Shown: positions 36,768 through 47,168 of the stretch, one piece after another
Numbering within the stretch: the first letter of the stretch is position 1
How the letters are laid out: the number at the start of each line of letters is the position of its first letter
Origin: Treponemataceae bacterium
Lineage (GTDB): Bacteria; Spirochaetota; Spirochaetia; Treponematales; Rectinemataceae
DNA: 64,000 nt
Assembly (NCBI GenBank): GCA_963667725.2
Contig: CAXXHO010000005.1
Coordinates: forward strand, 960,001-1,024,000
Direction of reading: 5' to 3'
Notes under the pieces: generated by a model
What the model was told of the DNA's origin: nothing
What the model saw: only the letters and a program-made list of their open reading frames with translations
The model's database searches: none
Made by a program: the position numbers and the translations under genes

Positions 36768-37646
36768 ATGGCAGACAACGAAGTCCTCTCCGTAAAAATG
36801 AAAAAGCGCGGCCAGTCCAAGGAGATCTGGCGGCGTTTCGTCAAGAACAAGGGGGCCGTGCTCGGCCTCGCCTTCATCGTTCTCCTGACGATACTGGCCC
36901 TCGTCCCTTCGCTCATAGCGCCCTATGGATTCGACGAACAGATGCTCTCCCGCCGTTTCAAGGCGCCCTCCCTCGAGTATCCCTTCGGAACCGACGAATT
37001 CGGCAGGGACATATTCAGCAGGGTCATCTTCGGCTGCAGGATCTCGCTTACCCTGGGGCTGGTGTCGGTCACGATATCCTGCCTGATCGGGATCATCCTG
37101 GGGTGCATCTCGGGCTATTACGGCAAGGTCGTGGACAACATCATAATGCGCTTCATCGACGTCATGCTCTCGATACCGAACATACTCCTGGCCGTTTCGA
37201 TCGTCGCCGCCATGGGCACGAGTTTCTTCAACCTGATCCTCGCCATAGGAATCGGCGCGGTGCCCGGCTACGCTCGCGTCGTGCGCGCTTCCATCCTCTC
37301 GGTGAAGGAACAGGAATACATCGAAGCCGCCCGCTCCAACGGCGCCAGCGACTGGCGCATCATCACGCGCCATATCATTCCGAACTGCATGGCGCCCATC
37401 ATCGTCCAGGCTACGATGAGCATAGCTGCCGCCATCATCCAGGGCGCGGGAATGAGCTTCATCGGATTGGGCATAATGCCCCCGACGCCGGAGTGGGGTT
37501 CGATGCTCGCTTCCGGCAGGGCTTTCATCCGCGATTACTGGTGGGTCGTCACTTTCCCCGGACTCGCTATAATGCTTACGGTTTTTTCCATCAATCTTCT
37601 GGGCGACGGGCTGCGCGACGCTCTCGATCCACGGCTCAAGAGCTAA
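36768..37646 (+). CDS. ABC transporter permease (DppC-like)
   Basis: FGTDEFGRD, EYIEAARS.GA and GDGLRDALDP motifs. Confidence 0.93.
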   Translation: MADNEVLSVKMKKRGQSKEIWRRFVKNKGAVLGLAFIVLLTILALVPSLIAPYGFDEQMLSRRFKAPSLEYPFGTDEFGRDIFSRVIFGCRISLTLGLVSVTISCLIGIILGCISGYYGKVVDNIIMRFIDVMLSIPNILLAVSIVAAMGTSFFNLILAIGIGAVPGYARVVRASILSVKEQEYIEAARSNGASDWRIITRHIIPNCMAPIIVQATMSIAAAIIQGAGMSFIGLGIMPPTPEWGSMLASGRAFIRDYWWVVTFPGLAIMLTVFSINLLGDGLRDALDPRLKS

Positions 37647-37657
37647 GGGGACGGTGA

Positions 37658-38623
37658 ATGAACGACAATATTCTCGAGATCAAGAATCTCGTTGTCCATT
37701 ACGTGACGGACACTACCACCGTTCACGCCGTAAACGGAATGACTATTTCGCTGAAGAAGGGCGAATCCCTCGGCTTGGTCGGCGAGACGGGCGCGGGTAA
37801 GACCACCACGGCGCTCAGCATAATGCAACTGATCCCCGATCCGCCCGGGAAGATCGTCAGCGGCGAGATACGCTACGACGGGCAGGACCTCGTCGCCATG
37901 TCGCCCGCCGAAAAGCGCTCGATACGCGGCAACAAGATTTCCATGATTTTCCAGGATCCCATGACGGCCCTGAACCCCGTCCTCACGGTCGGCGATCAGA
38001 TAGCGGAAGTTGTGCGCCTTCATCAGAAAATATCCCGCGCGAAGGCTTCCATAAAGGCCCAGGAAATGCTGGAGCTTGTGGGCATTCCGGGCGAACGTTA
38101 TGCGGAATATCCGCACCAGTTTTCCGGCGGCATGAAACAGCGGGTGGTCATCGCGATCGCGCTGGCCTGCAATCCCGAGCTGCTGATAGCTGATGAGCCG
38201 ACCACGGCCCTCGACGTGACGATACAGGACCAGGTGCTCGATCTCATGGAAAAGCTCATGAGGGACAGGGGTACGTCGCTCATCCTCATCACGCACGACC
38301 TGGGCGTGGTGGCCGAGATCTGCCAGAAAGCGGCCATAATGTACGCGGGTGAGATCGTGGAATATGGTACCTTGGAGCATATTTACAATAACACCAAACA
38401 TCCCTACACGATCGGTCTATTCGGTTCGATTCCCAACCTGAACGAGGATGTCGACCGGCTCCAGCCGATCACCGGTTTGATGCCAGATCCGACGGATCTT
38501 CCTCAGGGCTGCGTTTTCGCGCCGCGATGCCCCGATGCCTCGGAGAAATGCCGCGCCGCGGCTGTGCCTGTCGTGGAAGTGGAGCCTGGGCATTTCGTGA
38601 AATGCGTGAAGTACCATGGGTAA
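37658..38623 (+). CDS. ABC transporter ATPase (DppD-like)
   Basis: [16 protein letters not shown] and ADEPTTALD motifs. Confidence 0.95.
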   Translation: MNDNILEIKNLVVHYVTDTTTVHAVNGMTISLKKGESLGLVGETGAGKTTTALSIMQLIPDPPGKIVSGEIRYDGQDLVAMSPAEKRSIRGNKISMIFQDPMTALNPVLTVGDQIAEVVRLHQKISRAKASIKAQEMLELVGIPGERYAEYPHQFSGGMKQRVVIAIALACNPELLIADEPTTALDVTIQDQVLDLMEKLMRDRGTSLILITHDLGVVAEICQKAAIMYAGEIVEYGTLEHIYNNTKHPYTIGLFGSIPNLNEDVDRLQPITGLMPDPTDLPQGCVFAPRCPDASEKCRAAAVPVVEVEPGHFVKCVKYHG

Positions 38624-38632
38624 GAGGTTGAT

Positions 38633-39598
38633 ATGAGCGCACTTATAGAAGTCAAAGATCTCAGGAAATATTTCAAGACACCCAGGGGCGATCTTCATGC
38701 CGTCGACGGCGTATCCTTCGCCATCGAAAAGGGCAGGACGCTCGGCGTCGTGGGTGAATCGGGCTGTGGCAAGTCGACGCTCGGCCGGCTGACCATCCAC
38801 CTTCTGGAGGCCACCTCGGGCAGTATCCATTTCGAGGGCGAGGATATCAGCCAGCTGAATCGCGCCGACCTCAAGCGCTATCGCCAGGATATGCAGATGA
38901 TTTTCCAGGATCCCTTTTCATCCCTCGATCCGAGAATGTCGGTGAGCAATCTCATCGCTGAGCCCCTGAAGATCTATAATAAGTTCAAGAACCCCGCTGA
39001 ACTGAGCGAGCAGGTCGGAAAGCTTATGGATACGGTAGGTCTCGCGCGCAGGCTTTCGGATTCCTATCCGCACGAGCTGGACGGCGGCCGCCGCCAGCGC
39101 ATCGGCGTGGCGCGCGCCCTGTCCCTCAATCCGAAGTTCATCGTCTGCGACGAACCTGTCTCCGCCCTCGACGTATCCATCCAGGCTCAGATCCTCAACC
39201 TGATGCAGGATCTGCAGCAGGAGAGAAACCTTACCTATCTCTTCATCACGCATAACATGGCCGTCGTCAAGCATATCTCCGACAACATCCTCGTCATGTA
39301 TATGGGCAAGATGGTCGAGTACGCGCCCGTGAAGGAAATTTTCAAGTACCGCTTTCATCCCTACACCAAGGCGCTGCTCGCCGCGGTTCCCGTGCCCGCG
39401 CTTGGCGCGAAGAAGGGCAGGCGTCTGCTCAAAGGGGAAATTTCCTCGCCCATTAATCCGAAACCCGGCTGCAGGTTCGCCAAGCGCTGCGAATACGCCA
39501 CCGAAATCTGCTCTACCACGGAGCCTGCGTTCGAAAAGGCGAGAGAGGATTATTACGTTGCCTGCCATCATGTCAAAGCCATCAACGGCCTTGTTTAG
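38633..39598 (+). CDS. ABC transporter ATPase (DppF-like)
   Basis: GESGCGKS, LDGGRRQR and CDEPVSALD motifs. Confidence 0.95.
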   Translation: MSALIEVKDLRKYFKTPRGDLHAVDGVSFAIEKGRTLGVVGESGCGKSTLGRLTIHLLEATSGSIHFEGEDISQLNRADLKRYRQDMQMIFQDPFSSLDPRMSVSNLIAEPLKIYNKFKNPAELSEQVGKLMDTVGLARRLSDSYPHELDGGRRQRIGVARALSLNPKFIVCDEPVSALDVSIQAQILNLMQDLQQERNLTYLFITHNMAVVKHISDNILVMYMGKMVEYAPVKEIFKYRFHPYTKALLAAVPVPALGAKKGRRLLKGEISSPINPKPGCRFAKRCEYATEICSTTEPAFEKAREDYYVACHHVKAINGLV

Positions 39599-39608
39599 AG
39601 GAGTGAAT

Positions 39609-40439
39609 ATGATGAGAAAATTCCTGATCGGGATCATCCAGCTGGATACGCAGAACGATAAGGGGAAGAACCTGGCCCAGATCTGCGAATATATCGACGA
39701 AGCCGCGAGCAAGGGCGCGCAACTCGTCGCCCTTCCCGAGGTGATGAACCTTCTGGGAGACAATATCGGCGAAGGCGGCGGGGCTGAACCCATCCCCGGC
39801 TACAGCACGAAAATTCTGGCGCGGAAGGCCAAGGAACTTGGCATATACATCCATTGCGGCAGCATCAAGGAGGAAATCCCCGGCGAGACGAAAGGATTCA
39901 ATACCACCGTCATGCTGGACAGGGAGGGCAGGATCATCGCGCGCTACAGAAAACTCCACACCTTCGATGTCACCCTCACGGACGGCACCGTATGCAACGA
40001 GTCGGCCAGAATCCAGCCAGGCGCGGAAATCGTTACCGTGGACAGCGACCTGGGCAAGCTTGGATTCTCCATCTGCTACGATATCCGCTTTCCCGAGCTG
40101 TTCCGTCTTCTCGCCCTGGATGGCGCCCAGATCATCTTTACGCCAGCCAACTTTACCTTGCCCACGGGCAAAGATCACTGGGAGCCCATTCTCCGCGCCC
40201 GCGCCATCGAAAACGGCTGCTATATAGTCGCGCCGGCTCAAATAGGCAAGAAACCCAATTTCACCGCATTCGGCAACAGCCTTGTCGTGGATCCCTGGGG
40301 AACCGTCATCGCGAGATCCAAGGATCAGCCGGGCGTGACGTTGGCTGAAATCGATTTGGATTTCCTGGACAAGATCCGAGGGCAGATCCCGTCGCTGAAG
40401 AACAGAAGGTCTGATATTTATGAGCTCAAAATTCGCTAA
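39609..40439 (+). CDS. Carbon-nitrogen hydrolase (Nit1-like nitrilase superfamily amidase)
   Basis: Catalytic E-K-C motifs LPE, YRKLH and ICYDIRFPE; HWE..LRARAIEN. Confidence 0.9.
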   Translation: MMRKFLIGIIQLDTQNDKGKNLAQICEYIDEAASKGAQLVALPEVMNLLGDNIGEGGGAEPIPGYSTKILARKAKELGIYIHCGSIKEEIPGETKGFNTTVMLDREGRIIARYRKLHTFDVTLTDGTVCNESARIQPGAEIVTVDSDLGKLGFSICYDIRFPELFRLLALDGAQIIFTPANFTLPTGKDHWEPILRARAIENGCYIVAPAQIGKKPNFTAFGNSLVVDPWGTVIARSKDQPGVTLAEIDLDFLDKIRGQIPSLKNRRSDIYELKIR

Positions 40440-40451
40440 GCGAGGTTAATA

Positions 40452-41114
40452 ATGGCAATTCCGCAAGACATCATCGACCGGTTCATGAAAGTGGATCCGG
40501 CGACCATCGGTCATTATATCGGCGGCGGCTACATGCGCCCCGAGATGAAGCCGATCAGCAAGAACTCGAAAATGGTCGGGCCCGCCTATACGGTGAGGCT
40601 GCAGGGCAAGGATTCCTGCGCGCTCTATTACGCCATGGAACACGCGCCGAAGGGATCGGTCATCGTGATCGACCGCTGCGGCGATACGACCTATGCCTGC
40701 GTGGGCGAAATGGTGGCGTTATTCTGCGAGTGCCAGGGCTTCGCCGGCATCGTCATCGACGGTCCGGCGACCGATTCCCTGGCCATTGAAAAGTCAGGAT
40801 ATCCGGTTTTCTGCACCGGCCTATCGGTGGTGACGACCAACGTCATCGGAATCTCCGGCGAGCATGACGTCACGGTCAGCTGTTCGGGCGCTGTCGTCCA
40901 TCCCGGCGATCTCGTCTTCGGCGACGCCGACGGCGTCGTGGTCATTCCTCCCGACAATTACATGGACTTGCTCGTCAGGGCGGAGGAATCCGTAGCCAAG
41001 GAAGTGGAACTGCGCAAGCATTTCCGCGCGGGTGGATTCCCCAAGATTAACGTTGAGCGACTCTATAATACTGATGTCATGGCCATGATAAACGAGCTGA
41101 AAAAGTTCGATTGA
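40452..41114 (+). CDS. RraA / HMG aldolase-like protein (second paralog)
   Basis: GPAYTV, GE, DGPATD and PGD.VFGD.DGV motifs. Confidence 0.85.
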   Translation: MAIPQDIIDRFMKVDPATIGHYIGGGYMRPEMKPISKNSKMVGPAYTVRLQGKDSCALYYAMEHAPKGSVIVIDRCGDTTYACVGEMVALFCECQGFAGIVIDGPATDSLAIEKSGYPVFCTGLSVVTTNVIGISGEHDVTVSCSGAVVHPGDLVFGDADGVVVIPPDNYMDLLVRAEESVAKEVELRKHFRAGGFPKINVERLYNTDVMAMINELKKFD

Positions 41115-41118
41115 GCCG

Positions 41119-41457
41119 CTAGTTCCTGATGAAAAGAACGCTCTGGATGAGGTCGCCGTCTACCTTGTAGATGGCGACGACTTCCAGCGGCTTGTCTCCC
41201 GCACTTACACCATCGACCAGTTCATGATCGATAACGTAATTGCCCTTGACGATCCTGTTCGCGATCCTGGCCTTGAGCGCGGGGTTCGAAAACTTCTTGC
41301 CGTATATTTCCCTCAGCTCGTCCTTCGAACTCGCCAAAGCGCCTGCCTCGCCCATATTCCTCAGCTCCGCGTCATCGGCGTAACATGAGCAGAAACCTTC
41401 CAGGTCGTGCGCGTTGTAGAGTTCCAGCTGCCTGGAAACGATTTCCGCTTGTGTCAT
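41119..41457 (-). CDS. SnoaL/NTF2-like protein
   Basis: QL..YNA.DL..F...Y, VIDHE and VAIY motifs. Confidence 0.8.
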   Translation of the reverse strand: MTQAEIVSRQLELYNAHDLEGFCSCYADDAELRNMGEAGALASSKDELREIYGKKFSNPALKARIANRIVKGNYVIDHELVDGVSAGDKPLEVVAIYKVDGDLIQSVLFIRN

Positions 41458-41487
41458 ATTCGGTCTCCTTCGGCGAGTATCGTCGTA

Positions 41488-42177
41488 CTATTTCATCTCC
41501 GCGAGGAGTCTTGTCGCGTCCTTGTTGCCTATAGACGAGGATTTCTGCAGATCGGCTTTAGCCTCGGCCGCTTTGCCCATGTCCTTGTAGAGTTGTCCGC
41601 GGAAGTACCACGCGTCGCTGTTCGCGTCCGACTTCTCGCCGAAAAGCGAGATATATTCGCTGAAAAGCTGTTCAGCCTTCTTCCTGTCCTGACCCGCTAT
41701 CCCGGGCAGCACCTGCCAGAAGCGCCCAAGCGAAAGAATCGGGCCACCCTTGTCGTACATCTTGTCGTATTTATAGGCGTTCTCGAAGCCTTTCTGAGTC
41801 TTGCCCTTGAGGCCTTCGGCGAGGGCTTTGATGATGCTTACGCAGTCCGAGTATGTGCCGACGCAGAGTCCGTAATAATACCAGCCTTCTATGCCGGTCG
41901 GATTGATCGAGCAGGCAATCTCTCCGAACTTGATGCCTTCTTTGGCGACAGCGCGAGCGGAATCCTTCCAGCCCGAGACTTCTTCCTCCACGAGGAAGTC
42001 CCCATACCTGCGCGCGGCTTCGGCCGCTTTCCAGTTGAGTTCGTAATCCTTTGGCGCTCCGGAAGCGTTTTTTGCGGCGACTTCATACTTCGCCTTGAGT
42101 TCGGCTTCAGAGGCTGCCATCACCGGAACCAGGGCGAACAGTGCCAAAACGATCGCCAACGTCAGCATTCTTTTCAT
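41488..42177 (-). CDS. Secreted TPR-like helical repeat protein
   Basis: Signal peptide; TPR-like helices (GWYYYG, AWYFRGQLY); GGAGG RBS. Confidence 0.65.
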   Translation of the reverse strand: MKRMLTLAIVLALFALVPVMAASEAELKAKYEVAAKNASGAPKDYELNWKAAEAARRYGDFLVEEEVSGWKDSARAVAKEGIKFGEIACSINPTGIEGWYYYGLCVGTYSDCVSIIKALAEGLKGKTQKGFENAYKYDKMYDKGGPILSLGRFWQVLPGIAGQDRKKAEQLFSEYISLFGEKSDANSDAWYFRGQLYKDMGKAAEAKADLQKSSSIGNKDATRLLAEMK

Positions 42178-42298
42178 TTGAAATCCTCCTTGATACGGAA
42201 ACATCGACAGATGAACCGTACACGGCCCGGGAGCCGCGGTCAAGATGGAGCGATTCCCGGGATAAACTTATGCAGTTAGTTATGATATTGTAGTCATC

Positions 42299-43306
42299 AT
42301 GACGAAAAATAACTTCTATTACTATTCGCCCAATGGCGCGGTGGTCGACGCGCATACCCGCGAAAATGCCTTGAGCATGAAAAAGGAAGGCGGGTTCGTC
42401 TGGCTCGCCTATGTCTCGCCTGACAAGGCCGATCTCGACCCCCTGGTCGCCGAGCTCGGTATTCATCCTCTCTCCATTGAGGACTGTTTCGATGAGGATT
42501 ACCTCCCGAAAATCGACATATTCACCGATTACACGGGAATCCTGTTCAACGATTTCCTTGCCGAAAGCGAGACTTTGGGCATCAGGGAAGTCAATTTTTT
42601 CCTCGGAAAGGATTTTCTCATTTCGGTGATCAGGGATGGGTGCGCGGATCTCTACCGCTGCGAGGATATTATCAGCGAACTCGCCGTCGATGCCGCCAAA
42701 CCGGTTCGGGGACCGGCGCGCGTCCTGTACGCGCTTCTCGATAGAATGATCGACAACAAATTCGGGGCCGTCGAGAAGGTGGGAGACCGTATTTCGGAGT
42801 TCGAGGATTTGATTCTCACCCAAAGCGGCCCCGTCGACAACGCGAAGCTGCATGGCATTAGGCAGAACCTTATGGTCATGCGCAAGAGCCTCTTTCATGA
42901 GCGCGAAATATTGGTGAGGATCTGCAGGCACGACAGTCCTCTCATCAAGGAAGGGGATCTGGCCTATTTCAGCGATCTTTACGATCATCTGGCGAAATTC
43001 GTGGAAATCGTGGAATCCAACCGCGAAACGGTGACGAACCTGGTGCAGATCCAGCTTGCGCTGACGAGCAACGCGATGGCCGAATCGTCGAACCGCACCA
43101 ATCACTCAGTGAATCGCCTAACGTTGATCACGACGATATTCATGCCGCTCAGCCTGATCGCCGGGATCGGCGGCATGTCCGAACTGACGATGATAGCCGG
43201 ACCGGAAAACTGGAAAATCACGTATCCGATCCTCCTCGGCGCCATGGTCTTGGTGGGCATCGCCAACTACGCGTTCTTAAAATGGCTCGACAACAGGAGA
43301 TCCTGA
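42299..43306 (+). CDS. corA: CorA family Mg2+/divalent cation transporter
   Basis: HPL..ED, PK.D, D.YDH and LT.IT.IFMP...IAG..GMS (variant of GMN). Confidence 0.88.
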   Translation: MTKNNFYYYSPNGAVVDAHTRENALSMKKEGGFVWLAYVSPDKADLDPLVAELGIHPLSIEDCFDEDYLPKIDIFTDYTGILFNDFLAESETLGIREVNFFLGKDFLISVIRDGCADLYRCEDIISELAVDAAKPVRGPARVLYALLDRMIDNKFGAVEKVGDRISEFEDLILTQSGPVDNAKLHGIRQNLMVMRKSLFHEREILVRICRHDSPLIKEGDLAYFSDLYDHLAKFVEIVESNRETVTNLVQIQLALTSNAMAESSNRTNHSVNRLTLITTIFMPLSLIAGIGGMSELTMIAGPENWKITYPILLGAMVLVGIANYAFLKWLDNRRS

Positions 43307-44610
43307 TGGAAGCGGTAAAAAAGTTCGACATGGCGAAAAAACCCGTCAAGCAGCGATGGTTCCTGACGCCGGTAGCCTGGCTCCTGAGTTTTCCCGAAAT
43401 TCTCCAGCGGAAGCTGAAGATCACGAAAATCAATATGGAGGGAGTGAAACCTCCCTATCTGCTTTTATCCAACCATATGGCCTTCGTCGACTTCAAGGTG
43501 ACGACGCGGGCCATCTTTCCCCATCGCGCGAACTACGTGGTGGCGATCGACGGCTTTCTCAAGGGCGAATGGCTTCTCAGGCAGGTCGGATGCATCTGCA
43601 AGCGAAAATTCACCAACGATATTCTTCTCGTCAAACAGATGAAGCATTCGCTGCTGGAGCACAAGACTATCGTGGCGCTGTACCCCGAAGCGCGGTATTC
43701 CTATTGCGGAACGACCTCGGTCCTGCCCGATTCCCTCGGCAAGCTCATCAAGCTGTTCAAGGTGCCGGTCGTCATGCTGACGCAGCACGGGAATTACCTG
43801 TCCCAGCCGGTGTGGAATCTCGAGAAAAGAAAATGCAGGCTGGAAGCGACGATGGAGCGGCTCTATACGGCGGGGCAAATCGAGGCGGCAAGCGTCGACG
43901 AGATAAACCGGAGAGTAAACGCCGCCTTCCGGTACGACGAATACAGCTGGCAGAAGGACAATGCCGTCGCCATCGATTTCCCGAACCGGGCCAAGGGGCT
44001 TCATCATATTCTCTATCAATGCCCCCACTGCCTGACCGAATCCAAGATGAACTCCGACAAGAACGAGCTATGGTGCGAGCATTGCCATAAGCGGTGGACG
44101 ATGAGCGAACTCGGGGAACTGTCCGCCGTCGAGGGCATTACCGAATATTCCCATATTCCCGATTGGTTCGAGTTCGAGCGGAAGATGGTCCGAAGGCAAA
44201 TCGAGGATGGGACATACTTTTTCAGGGACAGGGTCATGGTCGATTCCCTGCCCAACGCAAAGGGCTACATCCGTCTCGGCGAGGCAACCCTGACGCATTC
44301 CTCCGAAGGCTTCGTTCTGGAAAAACTGGAAGGCGACAGGCAGTTCCGCCTGGAAAAGAAGCCCTCGTCGCTCTACAGCCTCCATATCGAGTTCGATTAT
44401 TTCGGAAAGGGCGACTGCCTGGACTTGTCCACCATAGAGGATACTTTCTATCTCTACCCCCTCACCGCCCAAAACGCGGTCACCAAGCTGCAGTTCGCGG
44501 TGGAGGAGATGTACAAATTCCAGGAAAAGAAAAAAATGGACGAAATGTCGGCCAGGAAGGCGGCGGCAAACGAGACAGCCGCGGTCTATGAGACGACGGC
44601 GGCAATGTAG
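43306..44610 (+). CDS. Lysophospholipid acyltransferase family protein with Zn-ribbon-like C-terminal part
   Basis: NHMAFVD (HX4D) and YPEAR motifs; CPHC...CEHC. Confidence 0.8.
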   Translation: MEAVKKFDMAKKPVKQRWFLTPVAWLLSFPEILQRKLKITKINMEGVKPPYLLLSNHMAFVDFKVTTRAIFPHRANYVVAIDGFLKGEWLLRQVGCICKRKFTNDILLVKQMKHSLLEHKTIVALYPEARYSYCGTTSVLPDSLGKLIKLFKVPVVMLTQHGNYLSQPVWNLEKRKCRLEATMERLYTAGQIEAASVDEINRRVNAAFRYDEYSWQKDNAVAIDFPNRAKGLHHILYQCPHCLTESKMNSDKNELWCEHCHKRWTMSELGELSAVEGITEYSHIPDWFEFERKMVRRQIEDGTYFFRDRVMVDSLPNAKGYIRLGEATLTHSSEGFVLEKLEGDRQFRLEKKPSSLYSLHIEFDYFGKGDCLDLSTIEDTFYLYPLTAQNAVTKLQFAVEEMYKFQEKKKMDEMSARKAAANETAAVYETTAAM

Positions 44611-44719
44611 ATAATTTTCCATCGATATGTTGGGCGTTTCTCGCGGTTTGTGCTATCTTTTGCCTAAAGCGTGCCCGCTCAGGACAGCTACGTCTGAATC
44701 CGCCCGAATGGGGGATAGC

Positions 44720-45751
44720 ATGAAACATTTTCTTTTCATTATCGCCGCGGCGACCATCTTCTTTTTCCCCGCAACCACTCTTTTTGCCTTCGACTATGTT
44801 CCGATACAAATATCCGTCGTCCCGGGCGTAGCCCTGCCCTTCAGCGCCGACCGGGCCGGCATCGTGCTGGGTTCGATCGGGAACATATCGGGCAGGGTGG
44901 ACCTTCTCCAGGCGGCCGGCGTCTTCAACATCGCCGATGATATTCGCGGAATGCAAGCCGCGGGCGTATTCAACATCGCGGACGATACCATGGAAGGCAT
45001 CCAGGCGGCCGGCGTGTTCAACATAGCGGGAGATGCCTATACCCCCGTGCAGCTAGCCGGCGTATTCAACATAGCGGATGGTGTGGAGGGGATCCAGGCC
45101 GCCGGCGTGTTCAATATCGCCGGCGATGTCGATGGTGCGCAGGTCTCGCCGGTGTTCAACATCGCGGACGACGTGCGCGGATTCCAGGTGGGAATCGTCA
45201 ACGTGGCCGATCGCGTGGATGGCATCCAGCTCGGACTCGTGAACATATCCTCCAACGGCGTCTTCGAACTATCGGGATCCTGGGAATCCCAAACCGAGTA
45301 CGTCTACGGAACCTTGAAGACGGGCAATACCTCGGTGTTCGGCATTTACTCGATCGCCATGCCTAGGGACGATTGGTTCAATATTCCCGACAACACCGTG
45401 CTGTCGGCGGGGCTGGGAACGAGGATCGGCGATTCGCGCAGCCTCCATCTCGATCTCGCGGTATCTGCTTCCCAGGCGACGGGACCTGACATCGACGGAT
45501 TTTTCGATGCTTTGGGCTATCGCGGGGGCCTCAGACCGGAAGATGTCCTGGCGCCATGGCCAACCCTCGACGCAAGCCTTTCCCTGAAGCTGGGCGCGCT
45601 CCGCCTGACCGGAGGCTTCCGCTCCGACATCCTTCTCGCCGCGGCGCCGAACCTGCCATCAGCCCTCGCGAAAGGCTGGGCTTTCTCCGACACGTGGTTC
45701 GGCGAGAGCTTCACGGCCTGGACCAAATGGTACATCGGCGTGGGATTCTGA
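44720..45751 (+). CDS. Secreted or outer-membrane protein with G.Q.AG.FNIA repeats (LA_2272-like)
   Basis: Signal peptide, about 8 repeats of 15-16 aa, C-terminal YIGVGF. Confidence 0.75.
   Translation: MKHFLFIIAAATIFFFPATTLFAFDYVPIQISVVPGVALPFSADRAGIVLGSIGNISGRVDLLQAAGVFNIADDIRGMQAAGVFNIADDTMEGIQAAGVFNIAGDAYTPVQLAGVFNIADGVEGIQAAGVFNIAGDVDGAQVSPVFNIADDVRGFQVGIVNVADRVDGIQLGLVNISSNGVFELSGSWESQTEYVYGTLKTGNTSVFGIYSIAMPRDDWFNIPDNTVLSAGLGTRIGDSRSLHLDLAVSASQATGPDIDGFFDALGYRGGLRPEDVLAPWPTLDASLSLKLGALRLTGGFRSDILLAAAPNLPSALAKGWAFSDTWFGESFTAWTKWYIGVGF
44909..45247 (+). repeat. Intragenic tandem repeat, 45-48 nt period
   Basis: CAGGCGGCCGGCGT.TTCAACAT.GC unit recurs in frame. Confidence 0.8.
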
Positions 45752-45832
45752 CTATACCATCAGGCGAAAAATAACCTATAGTGGGGGACATCCCGCGAAA
45801 ATAGTCGCGCGCGATCGAAGAGGCTATTTACA

Positions 45833-47155
45833 ATGGATGTCCTGCTCGGTGTACTGCTGACGTTTCTGCTGCTGGTATTTTCCGTCCTGAATGGGGTATT
45901 TGTCGGCTATGCTTTGCTCGCCGGCTTTTTCGCCTTCGCGTTCATAGCCTGGAAAAGAAAGTTCTCGGTGAGGGCGATCGCCAGGATGGCCTGGGTAGGC
46001 GGCGGCAAGGCATTGCACGTAATAAGAGTATTCGTGCTGATAGGCGGGCTCACCAGTATCTGGATGGCTTCGGGCACGGTACCCGGAATCATCTATTATG
46101 GGATCATGTATCTGAACCCGAAATACTTCCTCTTATACGCCTTTCTCATAAGCAGCTTAGTATCGTTTCTCCTGGGAACCTCGCTGGGCACCGCGAGCAC
46201 GATAGGCGTGGCCCTGGCCCTCATCGCCAGGAGCGGAAACATAAACATGAGCATGCTCGCGGGCGCCGTCATGTCGGGTGTCTATTTCGGCGACCGCTGT
46301 TCGCCAATGTCTTCGAGCGCCTATCTGGTAGCCACCCTGACCGGGACCAGGCAGTACGAGAATATAAAGAATATGCTGAAGAGCGGCGCTCTACCCTTTA
46401 TAGCCGCGCTTACCTGCTATCTCATCCTCTCGCTCCTGAATCCGCTGACCTCTCTCGACATGAAGACGACAAGCGAGATCGTGAAGGCTTTCGACATCAA
46501 CATTCTGGTTCTGGTGCCTGTTCTTCTCGTCCTCCTTTTCTCCCTATTGAGAGCCAGAATCGAATATACGATCTCGATCGGTCTCGTTTCCGCTTTCGGC
46601 ATCGCCATGGCGCTGAACCATTACGGCTTTCTGGAGCTGACGCGTTTTATCGTCACGGGCTTTGCTATGGAACCGGAAAGTCCTCTGCGGGGCATGCTGA
46701 AAGGCGGCGGACTCCTTTCCATGGTGAAGGCCTCGATTGTCGTCCTGATTTCCTGCGCCCTTTCGGGTATTTATGACGGAACCGGCATGCTGAAGGATAT
46801 AGAGACGCTGATGATGAAGGCTAGAAGCCGCAGAAGTCTCTTCGTTCGTACCCTGGCTGTCAGCGTAGGAACGGCTTCCTTCGGCTGCAGCCAGACGATC
46901 GCGACCGTCCTGACCCATCAGATAATGAGGAAAAGCTACGAGTCCAGGAAAATAGACCAGTATCAGTTCGCGCTCGATCTCGAAAATACGGGCATCGTTC
47001 TGGCCGCCATGATTCCGTGGAACGTCGCGGCATTCGCGGTTACCTCGTCTCTCGGCGTGGACAACGTCGGATATCTGCCCTATGCCTTTTATCTGTATCT
47101 TCTTCCGCTTTTCGGAATTTCCGGGATAGGAAGCTGGCGAAAACTCAAATCATAA
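45833..47155 (+). CDS. NhaC family antiporter
   Basis: W..SGT.P, GTS.GT..T.G, SG.YFGDRCSPMS and IPWN motifs. Confidence 0.88.
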   Translation: MDVLLGVLLTFLLLVFSVLNGVFVGYALLAGFFAFAFIAWKRKFSVRAIARMAWVGGGKALHVIRVFVLIGGLTSIWMASGTVPGIIYYGIMYLNPKYFLLYAFLISSLVSFLLGTSLGTASTIGVALALIARSGNINMSMLAGAVMSGVYFGDRCSPMSSSAYLVATLTGTRQYENIKNMLKSGALPFIAALTCYLILSLLNPLTSLDMKTTSEIVKAFDINILVLVPVLLVLLFSLLRARIEYTISIGLVSAFGIAMALNHYGFLELTRFIVTGFAMEPESPLRGMLKGGGLLSMVKASIVVLISCALSGIYDGTGMLKDIETLMMKARSRRSLFVRTLAVSVGTASFGCSQTIATVLTHQIMRKSYESRKIDQYQFALDLENTGIVLAAMIPWNVAAFAVTSSLGVDNVGYLPYAFYLYLLPLFGISGIGSWRKLKS

Positions 47156-47168
47156 CAGCCGAGGAACC

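Noticed and set aside
44909..45247. Regularly spaced repeats resembling a CRISPR array
   Set aside because: The repeats are in-frame coding units with synonymous variation and no unique spacers, and no cas genes are present.
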